Positions 1 to 8,827 of a DNA stretch of 41,748 nt are shown piece by piece (the stretch's first letter is position 1; every line of letters starts with the position of its first letter). The translations under genes and the position numbers were made by a program. The DNA comes from Bdellovibrionales bacterium RIFOXYD12_FULL_39_22. Lineage in GTDB: Bacteria; Bdellovibrionota; Bacteriovoracia; Bacteriovoracales; Bacteriovoracaceae. Under the pieces are notes generated by a model. That model saw only the letters and a program-made list of their open reading frames with translations. It did not search any database and was not told the origin of the DNA. Location of the stretch: contig MEQL01000040.1 in assembly GCA_001770205.1 (NCBI GenBank), positions 62,001-103,748 on the forward strand. The letters run 5' to 3'.

Positions 1-1311
1 ATTATCCGCGATAATTTTGTTGATGTTATTATCACAGATTTAGTAATGCCTGAAATTGGAGGATTGGAGATTATTGAGAAGATTATGGCCCTAAAAGAGG
101 GCCATAGTTGTATTTTAATGACAAGCTTTCCCTCTATCGAATCGGCCATACCCGCCTTGAAATCGGGAGCGGCCGATTATCTTATTAAACCTTTTACTCC
201 TGAACAGCTACTTCACTCGGTTCGTAGTGTTTTAAAAAAAGATCGCTTGGCCCGAGATAATAGATTTTTGCGCGCCGAAATGGAACGTATTGGCCACTAT
301 GGGGAGTTGATTGGCAAAAGTGATGTCATGAGAGAACTTTATCGCCAGTTAGAGTCGGCCAAGGGAATTGACTCAAGCATGTTAATTTTAGGAGAGAGTG
401 GAACTGGTAAGGAGCTGGTGGCCCGCATTTTACACAGAAACTCTATTCGTAGTGCGAACTCTTTTGTCCCTATTAATTGTGCTGCTATTCCGGCCGATTT
501 ATTGGAGAGCGAACTATTTGGCCATGAGGTGGGTGCCTTTAGTGGAGCAGTAAAGGCCCGCGAAGGATTATTTGAGGCCGGAGAAGGCGGAACTATTTTT
601 CTTGATGAGATTGGAGAGATGCCATTGGCCTTACAGTCTAAATTATTACGGGTATTAGAAGATAAGAAAATTAGACGAGTGGGGGCCAATCGAGAAAAGG
701 CCATTAACGTAAGGATTATTTCTGCTACCAATCGTAATCTTTTAGAGATGGTGAAAGAGGGGAAGTTTCGCGAAGATCTCTATTATCGCTTAAATGTTAT
801 TTCTATGGCCATACCACCATTACGAGAACGTCGAGAGGATATTATTTTATTGCTGCAACATTATTTTTCCGTATTTGCTAGCAAAGATCGGATCGCGCCC
901 AGCAAGATTAGCACTCAAGTGCGCGATGCCTTGCTAAAATATGCTTGGCCGGGTAACGTAAGAGAGCTTTCTAATTTGGCCCAGTTTTTATTGTATGCTA
1001 GATGTGGGGAGAGTGTGGAAGTAGAGCATCTGCCCAAGCAATTGCAGGCCATTGTCGAGCAGGCAAATGAGGAGTCGTTTGTGCAAGAGCGTTCATCATC
1101 TCAACTATTGGTAAATGATTTTTCTGCACTATATGATTTGCCTCTGGCCGAGGCCAAGCAAAAATTGGCCGATCATTTTGAAAAAAATTATATCAAAAAT
1201 TTACTTATTAAATATGATTGGAATGTATCTCAAGCGGCGGAAAAGTCCAGGTTTGATCGACGCTCTCTTCATCGTATTATTCATCGACATAATTTAAAAC
1301 GGCCAGAGTGA
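1..1311 (+). CDS. Sigma-54-dependent response regulator (NtrC family: REC-AAA+-Fis HTH), 5' end outside window
   Basis: Frame open from base 1 (IIRDNFVDVIITDLVMP, receiver Asp); Walker A GESGTGKE; GAFSGA loop; FLDEIGE; FREDLYYRL; WPGNVREL; C-terminal HTH. Confidence 0.95.
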   Translation: MIRDNFVDVIITDLVMPEIGGLEIIEKIMALKEGHSCILMTSFPSIESAIPALKSGAADYLIKPFTPEQLLHSVRSVLKKDRLARDNRFLRAEMERIGHYGELIGKSDVMRELYRQLESAKGIDSSMLILGESGTGKELVARILHRNSIRSANSFVPINCAAIPADLLESELFGHEVGAFSGAVKAREGLFEAGEGGTIFLDEIGEMPLALQSKLLRVLEDKKIRRVGANREKAINVRIISATNRNLLEMVKEGKFREDLYYRLNVISMAIPPLRERREDIILLLQHYFSVFASKDRIAPSKISTQVRDALLKYAWPGNVRELSNLAQFLLYARCGESVEVEHLPKQLQAIVEQANEESFVQERSSSQLLVNDFSALYDLPLAEAKQKLADHFEKNYIKNLLIKYDWNVSQAAEKSRFDRRSLHRIIHRHNLKRPE

Positions 1312-1320
1312 AATTGGGGA

Positions 1321-1704
1321 CTATTTTAAAATGGCCTTGATGACGTTTTCTAGCTCGGAAGGGCCGTAGGGCTTCGGAACAATGAAAGAGACTCCATTTT
1401 TTTTTAATCTCTCGGTTTCTTCTTCGGAGAATGAATTACCAGTACAAAGAACTATTGGAACAGAAGCGTTGAGCTTATGTATTTCTGTAGCGAAGAGATC
1501 ACCGCGCATAAATGGCATAGATAAATCAGTGAATACGGCCAAGTAGTTAGTTGGGGAAGACTTAAACTTTGTTAATGCCTCCGTGGGGTTTAGATGAACC
1601 TCCACTTCATAACCCATATCTTGTAAAAAGAGCGTGGCAATTTCGGTGATATCAAACTCATCGTCAACAAACAAGATAGTCTTTTTGGAATGTGATTGGC
1701 ACAT
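1321..1704 (-). CDS. Single-domain response regulator (receiver)
   Basis: ILFVDDE, TDLSMP, LCTG and PKP receiver motifs. Confidence 0.92.
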   Translation of the reverse strand: MCQSHSKKTILFVDDEFDITEIATLFLQDMGYEVEVHLNPTEALTKFKSSPTNYLAVFTDLSMPFMRGDLFATEIHKLNASVPIVLCTGNSFSEEETERLKKNGVSFIVPKPYGPSELENVIKAILK

Positions 1705-1734
1705 AATTAATTATTGATCAGATCCAAAAAGAAG

Positions 1735-2934
1735 TCATCCTATTTTTTCTTTAAAAATAAGCTCACACGCCTGTGAGTAGGAGTGCAATTGTTGTTGGAC
1801 AATAATATTTAAAACCGCTTGATGAATTTGCGCGGTCTTTTGGGTGAAAAAATTAGAGATAGTTTGGAAAAAATACTCTTCATTTTTATTTAAGTGCAGG
1901 CCTTGTTCTTCAACAAATGCCATCAAGAGCGGTGCAAGGCCGGTTAGTTCAGAAGGAATGAATATTTTTTCCATAGATAATCTTAAGACAGCTTCTGCGG
2001 AAAAAAGTGATAACTTGCTATGATCAAAAATATATTTACAAGCAGAGTTAGAAATAAAATTTTCAGGAGAAAACATCTCTGAAGAACAGAAAAAAATCAT
2101 ATCACAATCTAGCTTTTCTGTTCCAGAGAAAGAAGTGGCAATCAGAGTTGGTATTTTTAATGCTGCTTCTGTAAAGCTGCAACGACGGTAATTAAGAAGG
2201 CGGTGTAATTGAGATAGTTCTTCTAGGGAATTTTGTTGTTTGAAAAGTAGGGTCTCTTGGTTTTTTATTAGCGCTATTATTTGAGCGTTAGAGCTGGCCA
2301 GCGTTTTTGCCAAAGCAAAGGCATTAAAATCTGTTCCCACAATTAGACAGCGTTTTCCGGCCAGATTATCTGCTAGATTAGTTAAAACACTTTTTGCCAG
2401 ACATCCAAGATAGATGCCAATATATTCTGCTTTTAGTGGGACTCCTCCGAGATCAACACTCTTTCCTAAAATAGTAGGAGATAGCGTGTTGATATCGGAT
2501 GGTGGAAGGTTGGCAATGAGAGCATTAATTTCACGAGTAGATACCCCATTATCTGCGCAGATAATATCTCGAGTATAATCATCACAGTTGTCCAAGTACG
2601 CTAGAATGAAGTTTTTACAAAAGGACTTAATTTCTTCCTCGGAGTGGCCTTTGGTTTCAAAATCAACAGCACAAAAACTGGATGCCCAGGGGAGTTGAGA
2701 GAGAATTAGTTTTTTTAAATTTTCGTAGGCCCATGCTTGAGTCATCTGGCCAGTTATTGAAAGATGAAAGCGCAAGGGAACCAGAGATTTAATGGAAGAA
2801 GCTAAGTTATATCCATCTATAATGGCGCGATAGGCGTTGCTAGTTTTTAATTCTTTGCGATCATTTTGCCACTTAACTTGAAAGTTAATAGTGTTGGAAG
2901 AAAGATAGTTGTTAGGGATATTTGAGTTATTCAT
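1735..2934 (-). CDS. Glutamate dehydrogenase (GdhA)-like protein with degenerate catalytic and NAD(P)-binding motifs; probable pseudo-enzyme
   Basis: Collinear with GdhA blocks (FQVKWQND, LRFH, LP...DFETKGHSEEEIKSFC, D-x-GVSTREI, LGKSVDLGG, CDMIFFC). GGGKGG is replaced by ASSFCA and GxGNVA by GTDFNA. Confidence 0.8.
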   Translation of the reverse strand: MNNSNIPNNYLSSNTINFQVKWQNDRKELKTSNAYRAIIDGYNLASSIKSLVPLRFHLSITGQMTQAWAYENLKKLILSQLPWASSFCAVDFETKGHSEEEIKSFCKNFILAYLDNCDDYTRDIICADNGVSTREINALIANLPPSDINTLSPTILGKSVDLGGVPLKAEYIGIYLGCLAKSVLTNLADNLAGKRCLIVGTDFNAFALAKTLASSNAQIIALIKNQETLLFKQQNSLEELSQLHRLLNYRRCSFTEAALKIPTLIATSFSGTEKLDCDMIFFCSSEMFSPENFISNSACKYIFDHSKLSLFSAEAVLRLSMEKIFIPSELTGLAPLLMAFVEEQGLHLNKNEEYFFQTISNFFTQKTAQIHQAVLNIIVQQQLHSYSQACELIFKEKIG

Positions 2935-5863
2935 TTATTAAAAGTATTCCAATATTTTTTTTGCTATTAATTTTGGAAGTAATATTTTTCGATGTTCGAA
3001 TGTGTTTGAGATATTTGGTGGTGGATACTATCTCTTGTTTTTCTAAAAAATCCCATTGCAGAAAATCGGAAATGCCGGCCACTGTCATATAAGTGATTCC
3101 CAAAGAGGTTATATTTTGAAAAAAATGCGTTCCTTGGGAGGGATCGGCCTTGAAGTTTCCAGGAGAGGTTTCAATAATACCTGAAACATTGGAAATATCA
3201 TTCCAACTAACAGGAATGCCAAGATGAGGATCAGAAGAACCCCAACGGCCTGGGCCAATCAATAAATAGTGAACTCCATTTTGGCGCATCTTTTGATTTA
3301 GTTCAGTAATCTCTTTCACAATCTCAGCTGATGCCTGAGTGATATCTACACCGGGCCGGATATAAATAATATTATTAACATCAATGTATTCTCCAATACC
3401 GAGTGCATTAGTAGAGTGACAGAAGGCCTTCTGAATATCAGTGTCAGAAATTTCCACATCAAACTCTTGAGCTAAAGTAGTCATTGGTCGAGTTTGTAAG
3501 AGATAAAAGTCGCAAGGGGCCAAAGGGTCCTCCGGAATATTAATGGCAAATTCAATCTCGATTTCACATCCCAAACCAGCTCTGCCAAGCTGCAAAAGTT
3601 TAGATAAAAAAGCAGGGATTTGATAGCGTTGCTGCTTTAACAAAGAAGCAAAAGTAATAATGGCCCCTCCGGCGGGTGAAAAATTATCTAGAATAATATT
3701 ATCATCAGGGGAAAAGGTACTGCTTAGTAGTCGGACAGGTGCTTCATTTATAGCATCAGAGATATCGCGTTTGGTTAGATAGGCTTCTTCATCAATCCAT
3801 AAATCATTACTATTATCACGAGGCCGCATATCCATGGCATAAAAATATTTTTGAGAGTTGGCCAGGATATCATTGACAGTAGAGAATTGAGCAATGTTTT
3901 GAGGATAGGCCGGTGAAAAACGTAAAGTTTGGCCTCCTTCTACGATAATTTTGCCAAATCCCATAGAAAGATTGACGATTCCCTCTTCGGCCTTCATGAA
4001 GTTTAGGGGATAAAAATTATGTGATTGGGCGGTGCCAGAAATAGTGGGATAGTAAAAATTGTCGTAACGTTTTCCAACAACTTCTTGTACCAACACGGCC
4101 ATTTTTTCTTCTTCGGTGCGATGTAGGGTATTACGAGAAAACGCTCGCGGGCCACGAAAAAAAACCGAAGCAAAAACTAAGCGAATTGCCAGCGAAAGTT
4201 GGCGCAACCTTTCGTTAATGTCGGAGTGATTATTGGGCAACATGTAGGTGCTATAGAGTCCGGCGAAAGGCCCATCCTTATTATCTTCCAAAAGACTTGA
4301 GGAACGCACGGCGATAGGATAATTTACTTTTTCTAGATAGGCGCGTAGATCTGCCTCTAATTTTTTAGGAATTTTTGCCTGAGAAAAAAGACGAGACACT
4401 AATTTATCAGAGTATTTTACCTCCGAGAAATCTTCAAAATTATTTTCTTCCATGAATTCATCAAAACAATCAGTAGAGAGCACTAGTGTTTTGGGAATGG
4501 CCACGTTGATGTTCTTAAATTCAGAAAAGTGGACAATATTTTCTTGAAGATATTTGATCATGAAGGCAATACCGCGGGCCTTCCCTCCCAGCGAACCATC
4601 ATTGATTTTAAAGAAAGTTGTTTCCGGATCGAATCCTTCTCCTCGAAAGGAGAGAATGATTCCTTTTTGACGTAAAATTCTGGTGTTTTCTAAAATAGCA
4701 ATTAGTTCTTTGCGCAGAATATCTACATCTGTATAATCTTCAATCAAAATTGAACGAAAAGTAGCGGCCAAAGTAATTTCTGAACGTGCCAGTAGCCAGC
4801 TAGAGAAGTGGTGGCGCTTGGCATGATAGGCCAAAGAGTCGCGGTGAACGGTTTCTAAAACTTTTTCCAACGTGGCCAGGTTGGCCGCGCGAGTTACTTC
4901 GACTCCGTTGGGCATACGAAAAATAAAATCGCCAAATCCCATGTAGTCTACCAAAAATCTCTTTAGTTCGAGATGTAAAGATGGTGAATTTTTATCCTGA
5001 AATTTTACCGCAATTTCGTCAGCGCGAGATTTGTTAGAATTTTCGGTGCTAAGAAGAAGTAAAGATAGATCAGGGTATTCTTTTTTTACTTTGGATAAAA
5101 ATTCAATTCCCGCGTTGGGATTAAGTTGTCCATCTTTAGGGAAGCGCGTATCGGAAAAAATGGCAAGAATATATGGACGATATTGGGTGTAAAGTTCCAT
5201 CGCTTCCTCATAGGAGGATGCCAATAAAATTTTAGTACGGGCGCGCAATTTCATCAGACGATGTTCTTCATTTAAACTATCATCAAGAACTGCCTGTGTT
5301 TGTTTGACAATTGATTGATATAAAATGGGTAGTAGGGAAGAGTAGTAAAAAGGAGAGTCTTCAATTAAAATTAAAACGCGAACCATCGCTAGTTCAGTAT
5401 CGTGGGCAACATTGATCTTATCTTCCCACCACTTCAAAATAGTCCATAGAATGTTGCGATCTCCCGACCAAGTAAAAATGCGATCAATGGCACCAGTCGG
5501 GAAATTTCCTCTAAATTGCGCCAAACTTTTTGTACTATGAGCAAGTAGAATTATAGGTACATTTTTATATAAGCGCTTGGCCTTTTTGCCAAATTCAAAA
5601 AGATCATTGCGGATAATTTTAGGCATAGAGACAATTATGTCAAAAGTCTTTTGGGCCAGCATATCGAGTGCTTCGGTAAAGGAAGAGACTACCGTAATTT
5701 TCGGTGGCTCAATCAGACTGACTCCACGTACGCGCATGAAGACATGTTCGAGTAATCCGCCGTCTTCTTCCATTATAAAGGCATCATAAGGACTAGAAAT
5801 TATCATAATCTCACGCACACGATTGGGCATGAGATTATGATAGATTTTAAATTTAGTGGACAT
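2927..5863 (-). CDS. Receiver-like domains fused to a PEP/pyruvate-binding (PPDK_N, PEP synthase-like) ATP-grasp domain
   Basis: N-terminal SSPYDAFIMEEDG and ILIEDS receiver-like segments; LGGKARG, AVRSSSLLED, FAGLYST, EIEFA, LLQTRP; C-terminal GPGRWGSSDP and SQGTHFF. Confidence 0.88.
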   Translation of the reverse strand: MSTKFKIYHNLMPNRVREIMIISSPYDAFIMEEDGGLLEHVFMRVRGVSLIEPPKITVVSSFTEALDMLAQKTFDIIVSMPKIIRNDLFEFGKKAKRLYKNVPIILLAHSTKSLAQFRGNFPTGAIDRIFTWSGDRNILWTILKWWEDKINVAHDTELAMVRVLILIEDSPFYYSSLLPILYQSIVKQTQAVLDDSLNEEHRLMKLRARTKILLASSYEEAMELYTQYRPYILAIFSDTRFPKDGQLNPNAGIEFLSKVKKEYPDLSLLLLSTENSNKSRADEIAVKFQDKNSPSLHLELKRFLVDYMGFGDFIFRMPNGVEVTRAANLATLEKVLETVHRDSLAYHAKRHHFSSWLLARSEITLAATFRSILIEDYTDVDILRKELIAILENTRILRQKGIILSFRGEGFDPETTFFKINDGSLGGKARGIAFMIKYLQENIVHFSEFKNINVAIPKTLVLSTDCFDEFMEENNFEDFSEVKYSDKLVSRLFSQAKIPKKLEADLRAYLEKVNYPIAVRSSSLLEDNKDGPFAGLYSTYMLPNNHSDINERLRQLSLAIRLVFASVFFRGPRAFSRNTLHRTEEEKMAVLVQEVVGKRYDNFYYPTISGTAQSHNFYPLNFMKAEEGIVNLSMGFGKIIVEGGQTLRFSPAYPQNIAQFSTVNDILANSQKYFYAMDMRPRDNSNDLWIDEEAYLTKRDISDAINEAPVRLLSSTFSPDDNIILDNFSPAGGAIITFASLLKQQRYQIPAFLSKLLQLGRAGLGCEIEIEFAINIPEDPLAPCDFYLLQTRPMTTLAQEFDVEISDTDIQKAFCHSTNALGIGEYIDVNNIIYIRPGVDITQASAEIVKEITELNQKMRQNGVHYLLIGPGRWGSSDPHLGIPVSWNDISNVSGIIETSPGNFKADPSQGTHFFQNITSLGITYMTVAGISDFLQWDFLEKQEIVSTTKYLKHIRTSKNITSKINSKKNIGILLINE

Positions 5864-5884
5864 GCTGAAGTCCTACTTAGATGT

Positions 5885-8788
5885 TTATAGTCCCATTTTG
5901 TGCAAATATTTGGCAAATGCCATTTCCCTAGCATCAGGAGCAACAATTGCTTTTTTAACTTTTAATTTCGAGACCTCTTTACTAATGCCAGAAGTAGCAT
6001 CAATGCCAGAAAGTTTTGCCAAAAGCTCTGCAATAGTTGGTTGTGAGGATTTTATATCGCTGGCCAGCGGTCTGACTACTCCATCTACATTCAAAAAGCT
6101 TCCGTTGCGCTCTAATTGATCTAGATGATGCAAATAGCTGTGTGCCTTAGTTCCTATCGCAAAATTAGAAATGGCCACTACTGGAATTGAGCGTGGTAGC
6201 TTTTTAGATAAGTATGCACCTAAGATGATGGCCCCATCTGCTTTGTTAAAATTGGTTTTTGTATTGGCCGGTTTGGCGCCTATTTTTTCTAAAAATGCCA
6301 CGTTCGTCACTCCAGGAAGTTTTGCAAAAAGATGTTTCTCTTTTCCCTTACGCTTGGGGTCCGTAAGATAGAAGAGAGTGCCTTTTAATTTTTGGGCCAA
6401 CTTGCCTGCGGCCGCTAGATCTTCTAATGCCAACCAGGGGGAAACAAAGATTGCCGGTTTTTTCATCTTAGTGATAAGTTTTTTTGCGTGAGAGATGCTT
6501 TTGTTGCTATTTTCTTTATTTAATTTGTATTTGAGTAGAGCATAAGAGAAGCGTCCTTCTTTGCATATCACTCCGCCATTTACTTTATCATTGGCCACTG
6601 AAGAGGCCTTGATTATTTTTTTCTCATCTACACTACTTACTTGTAGGGCGCAACCTCTTCCACATGCCGTACAGGTAGTGATTGCTTTGGGGCCTTCCCA
6701 TACTCCTTCATATTTGGAGTGATTCATTACGATAGTACCAGTTGGACAAACATCAATACACATTCCACAGGCATCACAATCAGTAGCTTGAAGTGGCCGT
6801 TCAAAATTAGGCGCGATATGAGTTTTAAATCCGCGATCAACAAAAGAGAGCGCAGAAATTTGGCGAACTTCGTTGCAGACGCGAACACAGCTGCCGCAAT
6901 TAATGCACTTCTCACCCTCGAAGCGAATAAGTGGGTGACGTTTGTCTATTTCTGGTTGATTCTTCTTTCCGGGCATTATGGTTTCGCAAGCACCATATTC
7001 AGTAGAGTAGTCACGCAAACTACAGTTAAAACGCGCAGAGCAGCCACATTCAATGCAACGAGATGCCTCGGCCATAGATTGAATTTGAGTGAGTGATTCA
7101 TTGATCGGGGCATATCCGCCATTGGCCAATCTTTTATCGGCCTTATAGATAATTTCTTTTTGTCTTTTCTTTTGCTCAAACCGGGGAGCAAAATCTTCGC
7201 GCTCAAGTTCTTTTATCCTTCCTTTAGAGATACGATACTCTTCTCGAAATTTTATGTCGGCCCCATTTAAGTATAACGAGATGGCGTCGGCGGCAATTTT
7301 ACCTTCTGCACATGCTTGGACGACGGTATTCGGGCCAAAAGAGCAATCGCCAGCAGTAAAAATTCCGGGAACTTTAGTTGTCATGTTTTTGTTATCATAA
7401 ACAACTGTTTTCCACTTAGTGGTTTCTAGTTTGATTGGATCTTTTTCCAGGCAGGCAACTTCTGGATCTTGGCCGATAGCACTAATAATTAAATCAAAAT
7501 CTAAATCTTTCTCGCTACCAGGTACTTCTTCAGGTCTCCGTCGGCCGGAAGCATCAGGCGCTCCTAAGCGCATTTGGGCAACTTTTAGAGCACGAGCACG
7601 GCCATCACTACCAACTACCACCGCCTTTGGTGCGGTCAAAAATTGAAAGTGTACTCCTTCTTCATGACACTCTTCTTGCTCATGTTTAAGTGCGGGCATC
7701 TCCTGCTGAGTTCGGCGATAAAGCAGGTGGACATCCATATTGGGTGCGAGCCGTTTTGCCACTCGAGCACAGTCCATGGCCACGTCTCCACCGCCTACTA
7801 CTGCTACTTTGCGGCCATGTTTTATCTTCTCTCCCAAAACAACTTTACGTAAAAACTCGACTCCGCCTAAAATGCCGTCTACTTGTTCATTTTCAATTCC
7901 CATTGGTTTGGAGACTTGAGCTCCGATTGCAATAAGTACTGCATCGGCCCCTTTTTTTTGTAAATCAGCGATGGAGAAATCAGTTCCCAAACGCTTATTG
8001 GTGTGAACTTTTACTCCTAAATCGATAATGGATTTGATTTCTGAATCTAGCTTATTCCAAGGAAGACGAAATTTGGGGATACCATAGCGAACCATTCCTC
8101 CTAACTGAGGAAGTGCTTCATAGAGGTCTACCGCATGGCCATGTTGACGCAAGTAGAAGGCCGCCGATAGGCCGGCCGGGCCGCCGCCTACGATGGCCAC
8201 TTTTTTTCCACTTTCTTTTTTACACTCCGGTAAAAAAGGTCCGGCCTGAATATCGTATTCGGAAGCAAACCGTTTAAGTGCACGAATGGCAATGGGTTCA
8301 TCCACTAATCCGCGGCGACACTCATTTTCACATGGATTTGGACAAATAGTTCCGCAAACCAATGGTAAGGCCAGGCGCGATTTAATTAGCTTGATGGCAG
8401 AGACAAAATCCCCGTTGGCAATGTGTGCTACATAACCTTGTACATCGGTGGCCGCAGGACAGTGCACTTTGCATGGTGCTAGACAATCCCCGGAGTGATT
8501 AGAAAGCATCAGATCCAAACACATTTTTCGAGTGCTCATAACCTTTTCGCTGTTAGTTTGCACTTCCATATTGGGTGCCACTTTTGTACTACAGGCGGGG
8601 ACAAGGGTACGTGCACCCTTGACTTCCACTACGCAGATGAAGCAGCTAGCAAAAGGTTTCATTCGATCATCATAGCAGAGTGTAGGAATATCTACTCCTT
8701 GCTGTCGGGCCACTTCCAAAATGGTTTGATCTTTTTCGGCCTTGATAATTTTTCCATTGAAGTTGATATCTATTTTATTGTCGCTCAT
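5885..8788 (-). CDS. NuoG/GltD hybrid flavo-FeS oxidoreductase (StnC/NfnA-like large subunit)
   Basis: N-terminal 2Fe-2S (IPTLC...CFICVV...PAC); GltD-like CLAPC/CP, GGGPAG, GGGDVAMD; 4Fe-4S motifs CINCGSC and CDACGMC; CTACGRGC; short degenerate C-terminal Mo-fold region. Confidence 0.88.
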   Translation of the reverse strand: MSDNKIDINFNGKIIKAEKDQTILEVARQQGVDIPTLCYDDRMKPFASCFICVVEVKGARTLVPACSTKVAPNMEVQTNSEKVMSTRKMCLDLMLSNHSGDCLAPCKVHCPAATDVQGYVAHIANGDFVSAIKLIKSRLALPLVCGTICPNPCENECRRGLVDEPIAIRALKRFASEYDIQAGPFLPECKKESGKKVAIVGGGPAGLSAAFYLRQHGHAVDLYEALPQLGGMVRYGIPKFRLPWNKLDSEIKSIIDLGVKVHTNKRLGTDFSIADLQKKGADAVLIAIGAQVSKPMGIENEQVDGILGGVEFLRKVVLGEKIKHGRKVAVVGGGDVAMDCARVAKRLAPNMDVHLLYRRTQQEMPALKHEQEECHEEGVHFQFLTAPKAVVVGSDGRARALKVAQMRLGAPDASGRRRPEEVPGSEKDLDFDLIISAIGQDPEVACLEKDPIKLETTKWKTVVYDNKNMTTKVPGIFTAGDCSFGPNTVVQACAEGKIAADAISLYLNGADIKFREEYRISKGRIKELEREDFAPRFEQKKRQKEIIYKADKRLANGGYAPINESLTQIQSMAEASRCIECGCSARFNCSLRDYSTEYGACETIMPGKKNQPEIDKRHPLIRFEGEKCINCGSCVRVCNEVRQISALSFVDRGFKTHIAPNFERPLQATDCDACGMCIDVCPTGTIVMNHSKYEGVWEGPKAITTCTACGRGCALQVSSVDEKKIIKASSVANDKVNGGVICKEGRFSYALLKYKLNKENSNKSISHAKKLITKMKKPAIFVSPWLALEDLAAAGKLAQKLKGTLFYLTDPKRKGKEKHLFAKLPGVTNVAFLEKIGAKPANTKTNFNKADGAIILGAYLSKKLPRSIPVVAISNFAIGTKAHSYLHHLDQLERNGSFLNVDGVVRPLASDIKSSQPTIAELLAKLSGIDATSGISKEVSKLKVKKAIVAPDAREMAFAKYLHKMGL

Positions 8789-8827
8789 ATATTCATTTTC
8801 CTTTCTTACTATAGATTTTTGCTAAAA

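Noticed and set aside
1735..2934. Calling this gene gdhA, or a conventional pseudogene
   Set aside because: The catalytic Lys and Rossmann glycines are missing, so gdhA is unsupported; the frame is intact and coupled to the upstream gene, so pseudogene is unsupported too.
5885..8788. [FeFe]-hydrogenase or formate dehydrogenase catalytic subunit
   Set aside because: No H-cluster motifs; the Mo-fold region is too short; no in-frame TGA suggesting selenocysteine.
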